The translations under genes and the position numbers were made by a program. From Protoeuglena noctilucae (lineage: Eukaryota), in the NCBI GenBank assembly GCA_958009085.1, contig OY253672.1, positions 682,001 through 746,000 of the forward strand: a DNA stretch of 64,000 nt. The letters run 5' to 3'. The stretch's first letter is position 1, and every line of letters starts with the position of its first letter. The notes beneath the pieces were generated by a model, which was not told the origin of the DNA, searched no databases, and was given only the letters and a program-made list of their open reading frames with translations. Shown in pieces: positions 11,743-24,613 of this stretch.

Positions 11743-13123
11743 ATGCGCCTCGACACGTTCCCGGTCCAGCCCGCCCCGGGCATCGATGTGGACTTCGCGT
11801 CATGCGAGAGAGCAGTCGTGGCCGTGATGGAGAAGGCGAAGAAGCAGATCCTGGAGTGCAGCGCCGCTCTGGGGTGAGGTCGCGGCTAGCGCAGGCCCGG
11901 CCCTTGGCCTCTGCGACAAGCTTGCATCGCGCGCCACGCTCCCCGCGCGACGACCGCGGTATTTTTCGCGCAGGGGTTTGGAGGCGTACCACGACGCTCC
12001 GGCGTGCACCAAGCTCAGATACCGGATTCGGGACGCGTTGGCTGACAGTGAGCGCGCCCGGCGCCTCCTTCCCCCGCTTGCGCGTCGCTGTCGTGGTGTT
12101 TTTCATACATGTGTACTCAACGCCTCGCTATCCGGTTCAACGGAGCCCTGGATGCGCTACGTCCCCTCGTGTGCGCAGTGCGGCAGGCCCTGGGCGAGCT
12201 GGAGCTCCTGCACGACCAGTGCTCGACCTCCGGCACCGTCGAGCGGGTCGGGGGGCTGCTGCGGCAGGCGCGTCAGGAGTACAAGGACCTCTTCGCGCAT
12301 GGCCGGGCCGCCATCAAGGGGAGCAAGGACCGAGGGGACGCAGTGGCCCGGCGACTGCTGCTGGAGGGCACGCGGGGCGAGGACGACGAGCTGGGGCTCG
12401 GCATGGCTCGGGAGGGCGCGCGGGGCAGAGACGCGCTGCGAGAGGCCGAGAATCAGACCCAGGTATGCGGCATGCGGGCGCTGCGTCCCCTGCATCGGCG
12501 TTTTCTTCGGGCTTTGTCTTTGGGTCGGTCCGTCCAACATACGTTACTCGTGTCTCTGCAGGTGCTGCGCCGGATCCGGCTGCAGATCGCAGGGGAGATT
12601 GAGCGGCAGGAAGCGGCGGGGGTCGCGTTGGGGGACTCCAACCAGGTGCTGCAGAAGGCGGGGGCGGAATTCAAGCGGCAGCACCCGTTGCTGCGGACGT
12701 CCCACGCGCTGCTCAGGGCGCTGCGGCGACAGGAGGTGCAGCGCCTGCACAGTGATGCATGCGCCGTCAGCGGGCCCGCCATGCCCGCCATGCCGATGCA
12801 GGGATCCCCCGCCCGCGCAGGTCATCGACTTCGTCATCCTCTGGACCGCGATCTCCATATTTGCGCTGGCAGTCCTGTTCGTGCTCCACAAACGAGTCGC
12901 CTTCTTTACGCCTGACGCGCTCAAGGGCCTCCTCCCCGCCAGCCTCGCCATGGCCCTCGTCCGGGCTGCACGATACCTGGGCAGCCTCGTCAAGAGGATG
13001 GGGCTGGAACCCCTCTTCCGCGCTCTCGCGGATGTTTTCCGACGACTGGCGCAGGGCACGGGGATTGCCGGGCCAGCGCCACCCGCCAGCGCCCACTCGG
13101 TCGCCCTCCACGGTGCGCATTGA
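11743..13123 (+). CDS. SEC20: Sec20/BNIP1-like ER Qb-SNARE; multi-exon
   Basis: Coiled coil TQVLRRIRLQIAGEIERQEAAGVALGDSNQVLQKAGAEFK...LLRTSHALLRALRRQEVID followed by the TM segment FVILWTAISIFALAVLFVLHKR. Confidence 0.8.
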
Positions 13124-13216
13124 TGCCCGGGCGAGATATAGGGATCGTTTCTTGCAATCGCGTGGCCTGCGCGGCAAGGGACTGGCTAGATTTGCGTGTC
13201 TACTCTTCGGTGAACT

Positions 13217-15657
13217 ATGCTGCCCTCCGTGACGCCCAAGAAGAGAAACCATGGGCCGCGCATCAACTTTCGTTCGTGGGCTCTCGCGGGGGTCATCGCA
13301 ATCGCGACCGCCGTCGGTGGTGAGAGCTTGTGTTGCATGCGCCGGTTCCTAGGTCGACGAGCGTGGGCGCCGCTGAGGTGCTCGACCCTCCAAATGAACA
13401 TGACTTCGATGACATGTACGGCGCAAGCATGGATTCCCTCAAAACGGCGCCGCGCGACCGGCAGCACCCGCGCGATTCGTCTCGCTGAACAAGAGCTCTC
13501 TCATCGCAGTTACGCTTTGGCACGCTCATCCTCCGGCGCGCGCTCCACTTTCAAGCCCGCACAGCCTCAGCATCCAACGACAGGAGCCTCCCACGCCCGG
13601 CCCTCCCGCGCCCGACCCTCCCGCGCCCGAAACTCCGGCGGTCACGGAGGGCTGGGTTCAGCAATGGATCCGGCCTCGTGGCGACCCGGCGGCCGCTCTG
13701 TGGGACGAGGTAGAGACGGCAATGGGCCGCGTCTTGCCGTCGGATGCCGATGCCGTGGTCCTTCCCGGGGGCCCCATGTCACGGTGGGGCCCCAACGAGC
13801 TCAACGCTGCTGCGAACAAGACCAACTACATGGCGGACCCAAACGGGCCACGGCTGACGGGGGACGAGGAGGACTTGCTTGCCAGTCAGATTGCCGGCTT
13901 CATGGCACGTGCGCCGCGCTACCCGGGGCAGGGCGACGTGGTGCGCCACCGGAGAGGCGTGGTCCTGCAGGGCGGGGGCCGGCTGGCGGTGCCCAACGCG
14001 GCGCTGGCGTGGATGCTGAGGAGGACCGGGTGCAATCTGCCCATCGAGCTGTGGACCTTCGCTTCAGAGACCCCTGCCGGCCCTGTCCTTGCCACCCTCC
14101 GGCGAACCGCTGCAAGGGCGCATGTGCGTGGTGGCCATCACGTGTGGCTATGACGCACGCGGCCAGCGGCCCTCGCAAGTCCGCACCTGGCCCCACCCGC
14201 GCAGGCTCCTCGGGGTGTCGGTGCGCGTCATCGACGATCTGTTGGACTTCAAGGGTCCCCTGGGCAGGCAGCTGCTTCACCCAGGATACGACGATCACAG
14301 CGCCGACATGCGATTCTATCTGGCCAAGATGGTCTCCGTCGTCATGTCGAGCTTCGGGCAGGTCCTCTTCATGGACGCCGACAACATGGCGCTCCGTGAC
14401 CCCACGCCGCTCTTCGGCAGCGCCCCCATGCAAGCCACCGGGGCGCTGTTCTGGCCCGACCATTGGGGCGTCTCCAGCGACCCGGCCGTCGTGAGGGTCC
14501 TGTCCCGGGCCAGGGAGAGGATGGGAATCGCGGACCGTGCGCCGGACGCCGTGCGAGAGGTTGACGTGGGCGTCCCCGACTTCTCCTGTCGGAACAGCAC
14601 GGGCGCAGGCACGCCGGGCGTCGCGTGCCGCACGGTCCGGGTCCGCAACGCGAGGCACAAGGAGCGAGTCAAGCCGCAGAGCGAGATGTACTCGTACATC
14701 GACTTTGACCGGGCGTGGGCCGAAGCCAACTTCATGCCACCCCAGCACACCCACGAGACGGGGCAGCTGCTGATCGACAAGGCCCGGCACTGGGACGCCC
14801 TGATGCTGGCCCTCTTCATCCAGGCTTACCCCTCCTACACCATCGCGTTCCTCATCCACGATCGGATAGGCCAGGGGGACAAAGAGAACTTCGCGTGGGC
14901 GGTGACGGTGATGGGCGGGGACTACTTTGTGACCGACAGCGAGCCGGGGATGATCTTCGCCGCGAACGGGGACCCCTGGCACACCTTCGCCCACGTCGGG
15001 GTGGACGGCCTGCTGTCGTTCGCGCACACGGCACGCCCCGAGTGGGATTGCAAGCACGTGCCGCGGCGTTTGGATGCCTACGAGACCCGCTGGGTCACCT
15101 ACGGGCCCCCGGGGAAGGACCCCGTGCCTCTGGCGCGTTACCTGAAGACGGAGCGTTTCCGACAGAGCCCGGGGTACTGGCCCGGCGTGACAGAAACGGA
15201 GTTTCTGCAGGCAAGCTACCCTGTCTGTCCTACCTGCTGTTTCTGACTACCCGAGCTGCAACGTGGTACTCGAAGCACCGCAGCTGAGGGAAGGTGTCGC
15301 AGCGTGGCGGTCAAGAGAGAGCCATTCACCTTTGCCCGCCACTGCAGTGGGTCGTGGAGGTCGTGCTGTGTTCCCAGTCAGGGGACAGGAGCGTGGAGGA
15401 CTTTGCGCTGGCGCCCACGACCATCTACCGGTGCGAGGGGTGGGCGGCACGAGCTTGTGGCTATGCTGAGCGCACGCAATGCAGCAGTGACGGGGTCATG
15501 GGCCACGCCCGCATGCAGGGTGCCAGGGGGCGTCGGCCCTGCCAGTGATGCGGCCATCGAGGGTGCACGTGATGACGGGAGCTTCCCTGGGAGCTCCCCA
15601 ACCTGGGACGACGACGTCTTTGCGGCGGCTTTCCCCAAACGCGGCCAGGTGCCTTAA
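13217..15657 (+). CDS. GT71 (MNN2-like) alpha-mannosyltransferase, type II membrane protein; multi-exon
   Basis: N-terminal anchor WALAGVIAIATAVG; Pro-rich stem; LRRTGCNLPIELW; AKMVSVVMSSFGQVLFMDADN (DxD); GALFWPDHW; ETGQLLIDKARHW; GQGDKENF. The 3' exons are less certain. Confidence 0.88.
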
Positions 15658-15736
15658 TGGCTCATCATGCAGCACGGTAATGCGCCCCATCCCTGGCCGT
15701 CATAGATGCATGTGTGCTGTGGGCGTTGTGGGTTCT

Positions 15737-17397
15737 TCACTCTTCACTCCTCTTCGCATCAGCTGGCTGTCCAGGGCTGGCAGCTACGGCCCCGCGCGCG
15801 GCATCCGCAGCCAGCCTCTCCTGCACCGCCCGCCGCTCCCCCGTTGTCAACCACACATCCTCCCAGGACAACCCCAGCTGCCGCAGCTGCCCCGTCGTGC
15901 TCACATAGTACCTGCAGCGCGAAACATGTGGTGGCAAACGCGTGAATCCATGCAAACGTCGAGCCCTGATATAAGTGCCGCGTCCCGGTCCGCGGCCAAG
16001 ACAAACCCTGTCACGCTCCCGCCCCTCTCACCGCTCGTCCCATTTGGTGTGGATCTTGGACGGCATTGTGTCGGTCCCCGGCCCCAGCGACGGCATACGG
16101 TACACCCTCGCGCCAGCTGAGAGGACGCAGACGGGGATGCCTGCGGCCCGCGCCACCCGCGGAGTGAGCTTGTCGACGGGCTGCACCTCGATGACTGTCC
16201 GGCGGCCCCAACGGCGCTTCCGGAACAGCGGGTTGCCTGGGGACCGCCCCTGCGTGTGAGACGGGCGCAGCGCACGTCAACTCCACATGCCCTATGAGCT
16301 CGCGCTGTCTGTTCATCCCGTCCACCTTTCGCGCACAACAGCCCTCGCCTTGGTCGCCGCCCAGTCCTCCAGTGCGCTCGCCACCTCCTGCCTCATCGCC
16401 TCCCATAGCGCCCGGGGGTACCGCACAGCGTATGCGCCGAAGAAGAGCTCCCTGCAGCGCATTGCGAGGCGACCTCTCAGAGCATGCAAGCACTCGTGCC
16501 TCTTACCACCAGGTACACACCACACAAGCCGGCCACACACACACACACACACACACACAAGCATGGCAGCCACTCGCGGGCTTACCGCGTGAACTTGGAA
16601 TGACCGCCAGTCTGCGCCTTGTCCCTCTCCCCGCTCCCCTGCTCCGCGCCCTCCCCATCCTCGCCCTCCCCGTCCACCCCGCCCTCCTCACCGTCCGCAC
16701 CGGCCCCACCCTCGGCCCCTTCGGCCCGCCTGCTGCGCCCGTCCTTGCCGCTCGACTCCGAGCCCTGCCACAGCGGCACCTCAGCCCACGCCTGGCCCAC
16801 GGCAGCGGCTTTCTCAGCCAACGTCGCAATCTGTGCCAGGTTGTCGTCGTGGCCCAGCCAGCCCCAGTACAGGAGGCTCGAAGCACCCGCTTCCGCGGCA
16901 GCCGTTTCGTAGCCCGGAAAGCTCGATAGCAGCCGCGCGTTGTCCTCCACCACCATGTCGTAGGCCCCATCCGCCTCGCTGCTCCGATGCATGGCGCGGA
17001 GATGGGCCAGGGTGCATCCCAGCACCCGCCTCTGTTCGGTGTGCAGGTCCTGCAGGTGCTCCGAGTGGGTGTGACTTGCCGCTGCGCCAGGCTGAGTCGC
17101 GGCGGCAGAGTATTGCTTGCCGGCTCGCCCACCGACCTTGCACAGGCGGCCCAAAGCGTGCCTCGCTTCCACTGAAACCCCCAATGCGTCTAAAATGTCT
17201 CCTGCATGCTCCTCAAGCGCCTCCAACTTCGAGAGCGCGGGCCCGTCGACGCTGCCGGACAGGGGCAGGGAGCGGCTTTGGGATGCAGCTGGTGCAAGCC
17301 GATGGCGGCCGGATTGCGCGCATGGATCCCGTGCGAGGCTTTCTCACCCATCCACTTTTGTCAGGGAGAATCCCAAAGCCTCCGCCTGCTCCTCCAT
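15737..17397 (-). CDS. Hypothetical protein with an acidic Gly/Glu-rich linker; multi-exon
   Basis: Consistent spliced frame from MEEQAEALGFSLTKVDG through LEALEEHAGDILDAL...LLYWGWLGHDDNLAQI...FFGAYAVRYPRALW...KIHTKWDERYYVSTTGQLRQLG...KRSEE*; no family recognised. Confidence 0.6.
16534..16559. repeat. (CA)13 microsatellite, intronic
   Basis: Perfect CA run inside an intron of the 15737-17397 gene. Confidence 0.95.
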
Positions 17398-17544
17398 GGC
17401 GGCCAGCCGCGGGCCGCCAAGCGTCACGCAAAGGAGCCTCATTTTCTCCGCTCTTGAGGCCCACCAAGTGTTTTGCAAAGCAGCATCAGTGTCACCGACT
17501 TCAAGACAACGCGCAGCATGTTAGCGAATTTGACAGGTCACGTG

Positions 17545-20383
17545 TCAAGCGACAGCAACGTCGTCGATGGGGACGTACTGCTGCGTGAGCAGGTGCTTCA
17601 CTAGGTGGACGTGGCCGGCCAGGGCGACGTTGCGCAGGCAGACGCGGTGAGACGGAGCTGCACCCGCCGCGGGAAGAGCCACGAAGCGGACAGCACGGTA
17701 CCGACTCGGCGCGCCCGGTGGTGCGTCAGGGAGCTTGACGTCAAGCTCTTGTGCCTCTTCCGCCGACCCGTACCCGTCGCGGACGAAACGGTGGGTCTGC
17801 AGGCTTCGCGCCTTGAAGATGGGTCGCCAAAACGGGGCCCCGACGGAGACGTCCTCCGCAACTTCCAAAGACAGGCCCGCCATCTGCCAGTAGCCGGGCC
17901 GGTGATGGCCGTGGGAGAAGCTGACGCGGGTCAAGGTGACCGGCATCTGCGGCAATCGCGGGGAAGGTCAATGTTATGACCACGCGCGGGCTCACGACCA
18001 ACTGGGGAGCCATGCCTAGCATCAGGAGCAGAGGCACACCGGGAAGACCAGCGTGACGTAGGAGCCCCTGGCATCGTGCGTGGAGAACCATCCTTGGCTG
18101 CAGAGCACGTGCTCTGGCCGGCCCTCTTCGCACGAGCTGGCCTCCACTCGCGTCAGCCGCTTAAGCGCCTCCCACTTAAACGGGAACTTGACAGGCAGTC
18201 GGGACACGACACCGGAACCGGGGATGCCCGACTCGAGACGGGAGACGTAGCTGGGGCGGGCCACGCGCACCGACGTGCCCTCCGATGGGTCTGCGAAGGG
18301 TGCAGTGGTCGATAGCCGGGGCACGCCGTCGTGCTTGCCAGCGCACGCCGTCCTTGTCGATGCGCGCAGTCTCACCTGCGCCCGTGCCGACTGCGCTCCG
18401 CAGGACGGCCTGCCGGCTCAGGGGCAGCGCACGCCCACGGCCCCCGCTTGCCGGCCGCTCGGCAACAGACGGACTCGCGTCCCCAGACCCCACGCCGCCC
18501 GGCTCCCTTATGTGCTGCAACGCAAAGGCGTGCAACGGGGGCGTGGCCGCCACGCTGCCAGCCACGTCCTCGCCTCCCTCATGGTCCGCAACCTCCGCGT
18601 CGGGGCAGCACCCGGGGTCCCCATACCCAGCGATCGTGGGGCGGTGCGGGATAGCGACGGGGCCCGTCCGCGCCTGGGCGCTCCCAGCCGGGTGCGTGTC
18701 CCGCATGTCCGCATCAGCCACCTCCACATCTGTCGCCACCTCCACAGAGCATTCGGAGTCAGCCTCGGACCCCACGTCCGTCGCCCAGTCGACCTGCATG
18801 GGAGGAGTAGAATTGATGCTTGGGGCTGCAGGTGCAGTCTCACTGATCCAGACGATGGAGACGACAGGCTTCGGTCTCGCCTGAGATGCCCGCTCCTGAT
18901 CGATCAGCTGCGCGACCGCTGGCCCCGATACCACTTCCTCAGGCCCCCTGTGCACGTGGGCCCGCAATTCCCTTCACAGAGCCGGCGCGAGGGCCATCGT
19001 TGTCTGCCAAGCGTCGCCACACCCGCGGCATGTGCGCCACTCACACAGCGAGGACCCACGAGGTCTTAGCACAGCACGTCATGGGGCGCAGCACATACGA
19101 GCGCATGCACGCACCCGAGGGTGTCGAGCCGCACCGGCCACTGCGCCTGCGTGCTCATGAGGACGGCGCCCGGGCACTGCATCAGCGTCCGCTTCTCTCG
19201 CATCCCCTGCGGAACGAGGCTCCCAGACACGTCACGTTCCCGGCACACGCACCCGAACCGCGCAGCTCTGCGGGACCGTCCTGCCCAGACCGCCTTCGTG
19301 CGCCCCTCGCCTGCTCGGCATGCCTCCTCGCATAACTCGGCCCGGTTGCCGCCAGGCTCTGCAGCAGCTTGGCGGGCAGGAATGGGAAGCGGACCTGCCG
19401 CAGGATCACCGCAGCTGCGTCGTCATCCACTACGTGCTCTGAGGTGCGCAGATACTCGAGAGCAAAGTGCAGGACCTGCGCCTCGCATTCCGCGTCCAGG
19501 TATGGGGAAGACAGGATGGCGACGACGGCAGCTGGGGAGAGATGCGCGGTGGCGGAGCGGAAGATCGCAGGGAAGCTCCGGGCCGCCACAGTCACGCAAG
19601 CGTTGGCGAGGGAGCTGTCGTGGGCGAGCGCGGGTTCGAGGAAGGTCAGGCACGTGGACGTATCTGGGGCGTCTGCAATGTAGGCGAGGCAGATGTCCTC
19701 AAGGCCCTCGACGAGGAGGGCGCGGGCCAGGGAGAGGACATCGAAGGCGTTGTGCGGCGTGAGGGAGCACTGCCCGCAGTACATCCAGCGGACGACCTCG
19801 GGCCAGCCGTTCGCCGGGAATGACGAGATGTCAACGCTGCGCATGGGTGGTGGCCTCCGCGTCATGGAGCGTGGGTATGGTTGGCACCATTCCCAGGCAT
19901 GGAAAGGGAGGCGGCATCCTTGACGGCATCCTTGGCAAGGCGGCATCCTTGGCATGGCAAGGCACTAGCCTCACCGCGCTTGCTCCCGCTCCTGGCACGG
20001 CGCCGTTGTTAATGCTCCCTTGAAGAACTCGGACTTCAGGCACAGGATGGCCCGATGGAGGTTCCACTCTCGGCCTGCGCACGCAAAAGAGGAGCGAGAC
20101 CCTTCACGGCCGCGGCAAGCGACGACACAGGGGCCATCCTGCCAAGAGTTGGCGGTCGCGCTCCCCTCCAATCACCAGTTGCATCCTTGACTACCACATC
20201 TGAGAAGGTCCCGTTGTCGAGGAGCTCTTGGAGCTTCGGGTCGCCGGCACCAAATGTGCGTGCGGCAGACGCAGCGCCAGCCGTGGGCCCCGTGGGCCAC
20301 GGGGAGGAAGAAGATGGCACGGTATCGCGGTCAACAATCACAGTCCACGGTGCTTCGGCCTCGGGAGGCGATGGCGTAGACAT
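17545..20383 (-). CDS. BTB/POZ-BACK domain protein with a C-terminal F5/8-type (galactose-binding-like) domain; multi-exon
   Basis: LLDNGTFSDVVV...WNLHRAILCLKSEFFKGAL; EVVRWMYCGQCSLTPHNAFDVLSLARALLVEGL; BACK region EAQVLHFALEY...ILRQVRFPFL; C-terminal VTLTRVSFSHGH...YRAVRFV...VCLRNVALAG. Confidence 0.85.
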
Positions 20384-20669
20384 CGCGCCCAGCCCTAACA
20401 GTTGGCCCAACGAAGGCGCGTCTGTTTGACGGGCTGGCTCAGCTGCTCCGTCAGCAATGCATTGAAGCAGCAACCAATCGACTAATGACGATGGTTTGCG
20501 CGCAATTGAGTCGGCGATGGACGAGTGTGCCAGCGAAACGGCCCACGTTGACAGCAAACTGGTCGCGCTTCCCGCAAGTCGCCATCCACTTCTCTTTCCT
20601 GGGCACGGCAGGGAAGAAGGGCCTCAGCCCTACCCGCCCCATCCAAGGGCTCGAATCAGCTTGGCGAGC

Positions 20670-23600
20670 ATGGCAGACCCCGCAGGCGCGGGCCTGGCCG
20701 CCCGCGACATGGAGATGGATTCCGACAGCGATGAGAGCTCTGACGGGGGCGGCCCAGAGGTACCGAGGCGCAGGGACTATGCACAAACGCTGCACAAAAT
20801 TGTTTCACGACGCGCACGCGCGATCGTTGGCCCAGCGTTGCATCGCAGATGAGCGAGGAGCAGATGACGACTTTGATGAAGCTCAGCGAGGCCCTGAAGA
20901 GGAATCCCGCTGCGCGAGAGCTCCATCTGCAGGCACGTGCTTCGCTGCGTGCTGCGTGGGCCCCTGCGGACCGCCGGCCTCGCCGATCCTCACCGCGCAG
21001 ATCTCCACGGCCGCAGGCCATATCGCTTCTTGAGCAGCTGGGCCTCAAGCAGCGCCTCCGCGACGCCATCGAGGAGATGGCAGACTTGATGCCGTTGTCG
21101 CCAGGTTGGGGGGATTTCGCGGCCACCCTTACCTCCAGTGCCCCGCCAACTGCGCAGGACTTTCGGAGGAACTCAAATTCATCCCCCATCCGGTCGCCGC
21201 AGACTTGTGGGTCAAGTTCATTCGCCTGGAGCAGGGGCAGGGTGGCCTGGAGCCCGTCTTGGGCGCAGTGGACGACGCGTTGGGCGAGTTCCCGGCGTCT
21301 TTGGACCTCCTGGTAGCATGCGTCGAGGTGCTCGCGGACCTGCGCGGCGCAGGAGCGTCTGCGGAAGACGTGGCTGCGATGCGGGAGCGTGTCGAGATGG
21401 CCAGGGCCCACGCGACGTGCCTGCCCCGTGGAGGGTCCCGAGTCCTGCTGGCCGCGGTGGCGTTCGAGCGCGCCGCGGGCGACGAGGACTCCGACGCCCT
21501 CGCCGCGGCTCTCGACGCCCTGCTCACGGCGCCCGTGGAGGTCTCGGACGACGACCTCGCCCGCGCCCGCATGGAGCGTGACGCGACGCAGCCCCCGCCG
21601 GGCCCCGAGGCGGCGCGGGCGAGGGAGCGCGCGCGCAAGGAGGCGCAGCGGCGGGTGGTCCACGAGGACCGCGTCGACCAGGCTCGCGCCGCTGGCGACC
21701 CGACTCAGCTGGCCGAGGCGTTCCAGGCGTATGCACGGTTCGAGGAGGCGCACGGGGACCCAGCGCGGGCGCTGTGGGTGCGCGAGCGCATGGTGACGGA
21801 GCTGCAGCCGCCGCGGGAGGACCTCTGGCTGCAGCACGGGCGTGCAGCCGAGTCGCGGCCGGCAGCGTCGGGACCCCGGTTGGGGTCGACGGCCCTCACG
21901 GCCGCCGGGGTCTACGCGCGCGCCACGCGGGCGGTGCCCGCGTCCGGTGCGCTCTGGTCGCGGCGGCTCCGGGAGCTGGAGCGCCGCGCGGCGGACCCGG
22001 AAGTGGACGCGGAGACCCGTGCCGCTCTGGGGCAGGATCACGCGGACACGTACGCCGCAGCCCTGAACGCTGGCCTCGACGGGCAGGGGAGCTACCTCGC
22101 CGTCGTCATGGCGCGGGTCGACTACCTGCGCCATGCTGCCGGTGGGGGGCGCATGCGTGCCGCTGCCATCCGCAATGCATGGGCTGGGCGTGGACCCAAG
22201 CGCTGTGGCTGTGCCCGCAGATCTGGCCCGGGGCTCCGAGAACCCTCACGACGTGGAGGCTGCTGAGATGCTGAGTCAGACGTTCGAGCACGCGTGGGGG
22301 TTCCTGAGGGAGCTGTTTCCTGACACGTTCCCGGGCACTGACATCGCCCTGACTCAGTACTGGGCCGAGTGCGAGGGGCGGCGGGGGCAGCTGAACAAGG
22401 TCAAGCATGCGTGGGAGCTTCTGCTCAAGGCCGGAGGGTCCAAGGTGGGACGGGGCTGCTTGCCAGCGGGTGTGGGGTGCGTGCTGTGACATCGTGGACC
22501 CACCCTCCGAGGGTGGTCGGCCAGGATTAACGTAATGTGCTGCCATGCTTGTGCTGTTCGTAGACATGGCTTCCTGCCTGGCGTCGTGTCACCTAACCTG
22601 CGGTCTTCTGTCTGCAGCACAAGCGCGCCTGGCTGGGCTACGCGGACGCGATGCGGCACCACGGCGCCTCCGCGGACGTCCGGGCTGTGTTCAAGAGAGC
22701 GTACACGCGGCAGCTGGAGGGAGGGGGCCAGCGCGCCCTTTGCGAGGCCTGGGTCAGGTGTGGGACAAAAAGAGTGTGTGCCAGCATCCACGCCGTTCCC
22801 GCAAGCCCAATCATGCGTTTACTGGCATCGTTGCCAGTCCCACCATGGAATGCCGTGAGTCTCAAGGTCTCGACTTTCAAAGGCACCCCACGTCGTACGA
22901 GCTGCAGGTTTGAGAGGGAAGACGGTACGGCGCAGGACCAGCATGATTGCGAGGTCAAGGTGTGGCCGGTGCTGGAGATGGCGGCGGCCGAGGGAGAGAC
23001 GGTGGCGGGGAAGAAGGGGGAGAGGAAGGGTGGGAAGAGGGAGCGAGGGGAGGCGAAGGGGGCGGGGGCGGGTGATGGGGCCCCACTGCCAGCGACCAAG
23101 CGGCGCAGGGAGGGGGGCGCGGAAGCGGCTGGCATGGAGGTTGACGCAGCGGGGGCAGGGCCGGGGGCGGGGACGGCGGCACCCCCGGCTGCTGCGGGTG
23201 GCGGCGGCGCAGCGGCCGAGGCAGCGGGCGGGGGCGGAGAGAGCGATGGCGCTGGGTCCAAGGAGGGCCGCGAGAGGTTCAAGACGGAGGAAGAAAGGCG
23301 TGCGATCAACGAAGCGCGGGACCAAGCGACGGTGTTTGTGAAGCACATCGCGCCAAGTGCGACGGAGGCGGACGTTACGGCCCTCTTCTCTGGGTGCGTA
23401 TATTGCATCGAGGGCCGCGCTGGGGAGTGTCTGATAGAGACGCTCCTGGTTACACCATGCCACCGCCGGGTTTGGCAGTTTGATACTGAGCGATCAACCT
23501 GCCGCCACCTCGCAGGCTGCCGGGCTTCAAGGCGGTCCGAATGACCTACCGCGACGCCAGCCGCACCCAGCACCGCGGGTTCGCGTACGTGGAGTTCGAA

Positions 23601-24388
23601 TCGCCAGAGTCCGAGGGCCTCGCGAGGTGAGACATGGGTGGCAGTGGGTCGCTCGGCATCTCGACTGTACTTGGCATGCGCCATGAGCACTGCGACATGG
23701 TATGTGTGGGGGTGCATGGTAGCACGACGCCAGCGTTCGTACTTTACGGAGATGCGTCGGGTCATGAGACGCCTGCCTTGACGGCGCCCTGAGATACGTC
23801 GGTCATGAGACGCGTGCCTGGCCCGTCGTGCTTTCCCAGGGCGCTGGAGATGTCGGGGATGGACTTCCACGACCACGCCATCCTGTGCGTGCGGAGCAGG
23901 ACCAAGCCGCAGGGCGAAGGAGGTGACAAGGGAACCCAGTGCTGCGAGGGCTGAGCGGCAAGGGTGGAGGTGGGAGGGCGTGGTACCCACCGTCAGCCTT
24001 GGTCGCGCTCGCAGGTTGGAGAGGCCGGGGCAGGGGCCGGGGCTTCGCGGCGGCGAGAGGAGACGAGGGCGGGCGGGGGTGGGGCCGGGGCCGTGGGAGG
24101 GGCAGGGCTTACGGCGAGGACGGGGGCGATGGCGAGGCAGGGGGTCGAGGGGGTGGCAGGGGCTACGGCGGGGACCGCGGGCGGGGCGGGCGTCGCGGTA
24201 TCGGCTACGGACGCGGCGACCACGGCCATGGGCGCGTCGCTCATGTGGATTTGCGAGAGCGCCAAAGCCCTGGGTACGCGCCACGGCCAGAGGAGGGCGC
24301 GGGTGGGGACGGGGGCGGCGGGGGAGAGGCGTTGCCGGGGGAGCTGGGCAACGACGACTTCCGGAAGATGCTTCTGGGCGGCAACTGA
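20670..24388 (+). CDS. SART3: SART3/Prp24 U4/U6 recycling factor (HAT repeats, RRM, C-terminal LSm-interaction motif); multi-exon
   Basis: HAT-like helices (DLWVKFIRLE, YARATRAVPASGALW, VRAVFKRAYTR, CEAWVRFEREDGT); RRM TVFVKHIAPSATEADVTALF...RGFAYVEF; terminal GNDDFRKMLL. Confidence 0.9.
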
Positions 24389-24613
24389 GTCACGAGTTGT
24401 TCGTCTGTCTGGCGTGGCGATGGTCGACTGTTGCGGCGCCGCAGCTCGCTGGCGATGTATTCGTGTGCTTGAGCACTGGTAAGCGGGTGCAGAGGGCCCA
24501 GAGGAACGCCGCTCCGTTGGATTCTTGCATCGGTGCAGAGCTTTTAGTGCTGTGCATTGAAGTGGGGGAAGTTGGAGCAGCGGGGCGCGGCGCAGGGGTG
24601 GTTGCCGGTCGCG

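Noticed and set aside
19912..19962. Three copies of cggcatccttg with a short palindrome (ccttggcaagg)
   Set aside because: Small slippage-type repeat inside a BTB gene intron; no terminal inverted repeats or target-site duplication, and no second copy seen elsewhere in the window.
23749..23820. About 30-nt imperfect direct repeat (gagatgcgtcgggtcatgagacgcctgcct) with a 42-nt period
   Set aside because: Local duplication inside a SART3 intron, only two copies, with no evidence of function or mobility.
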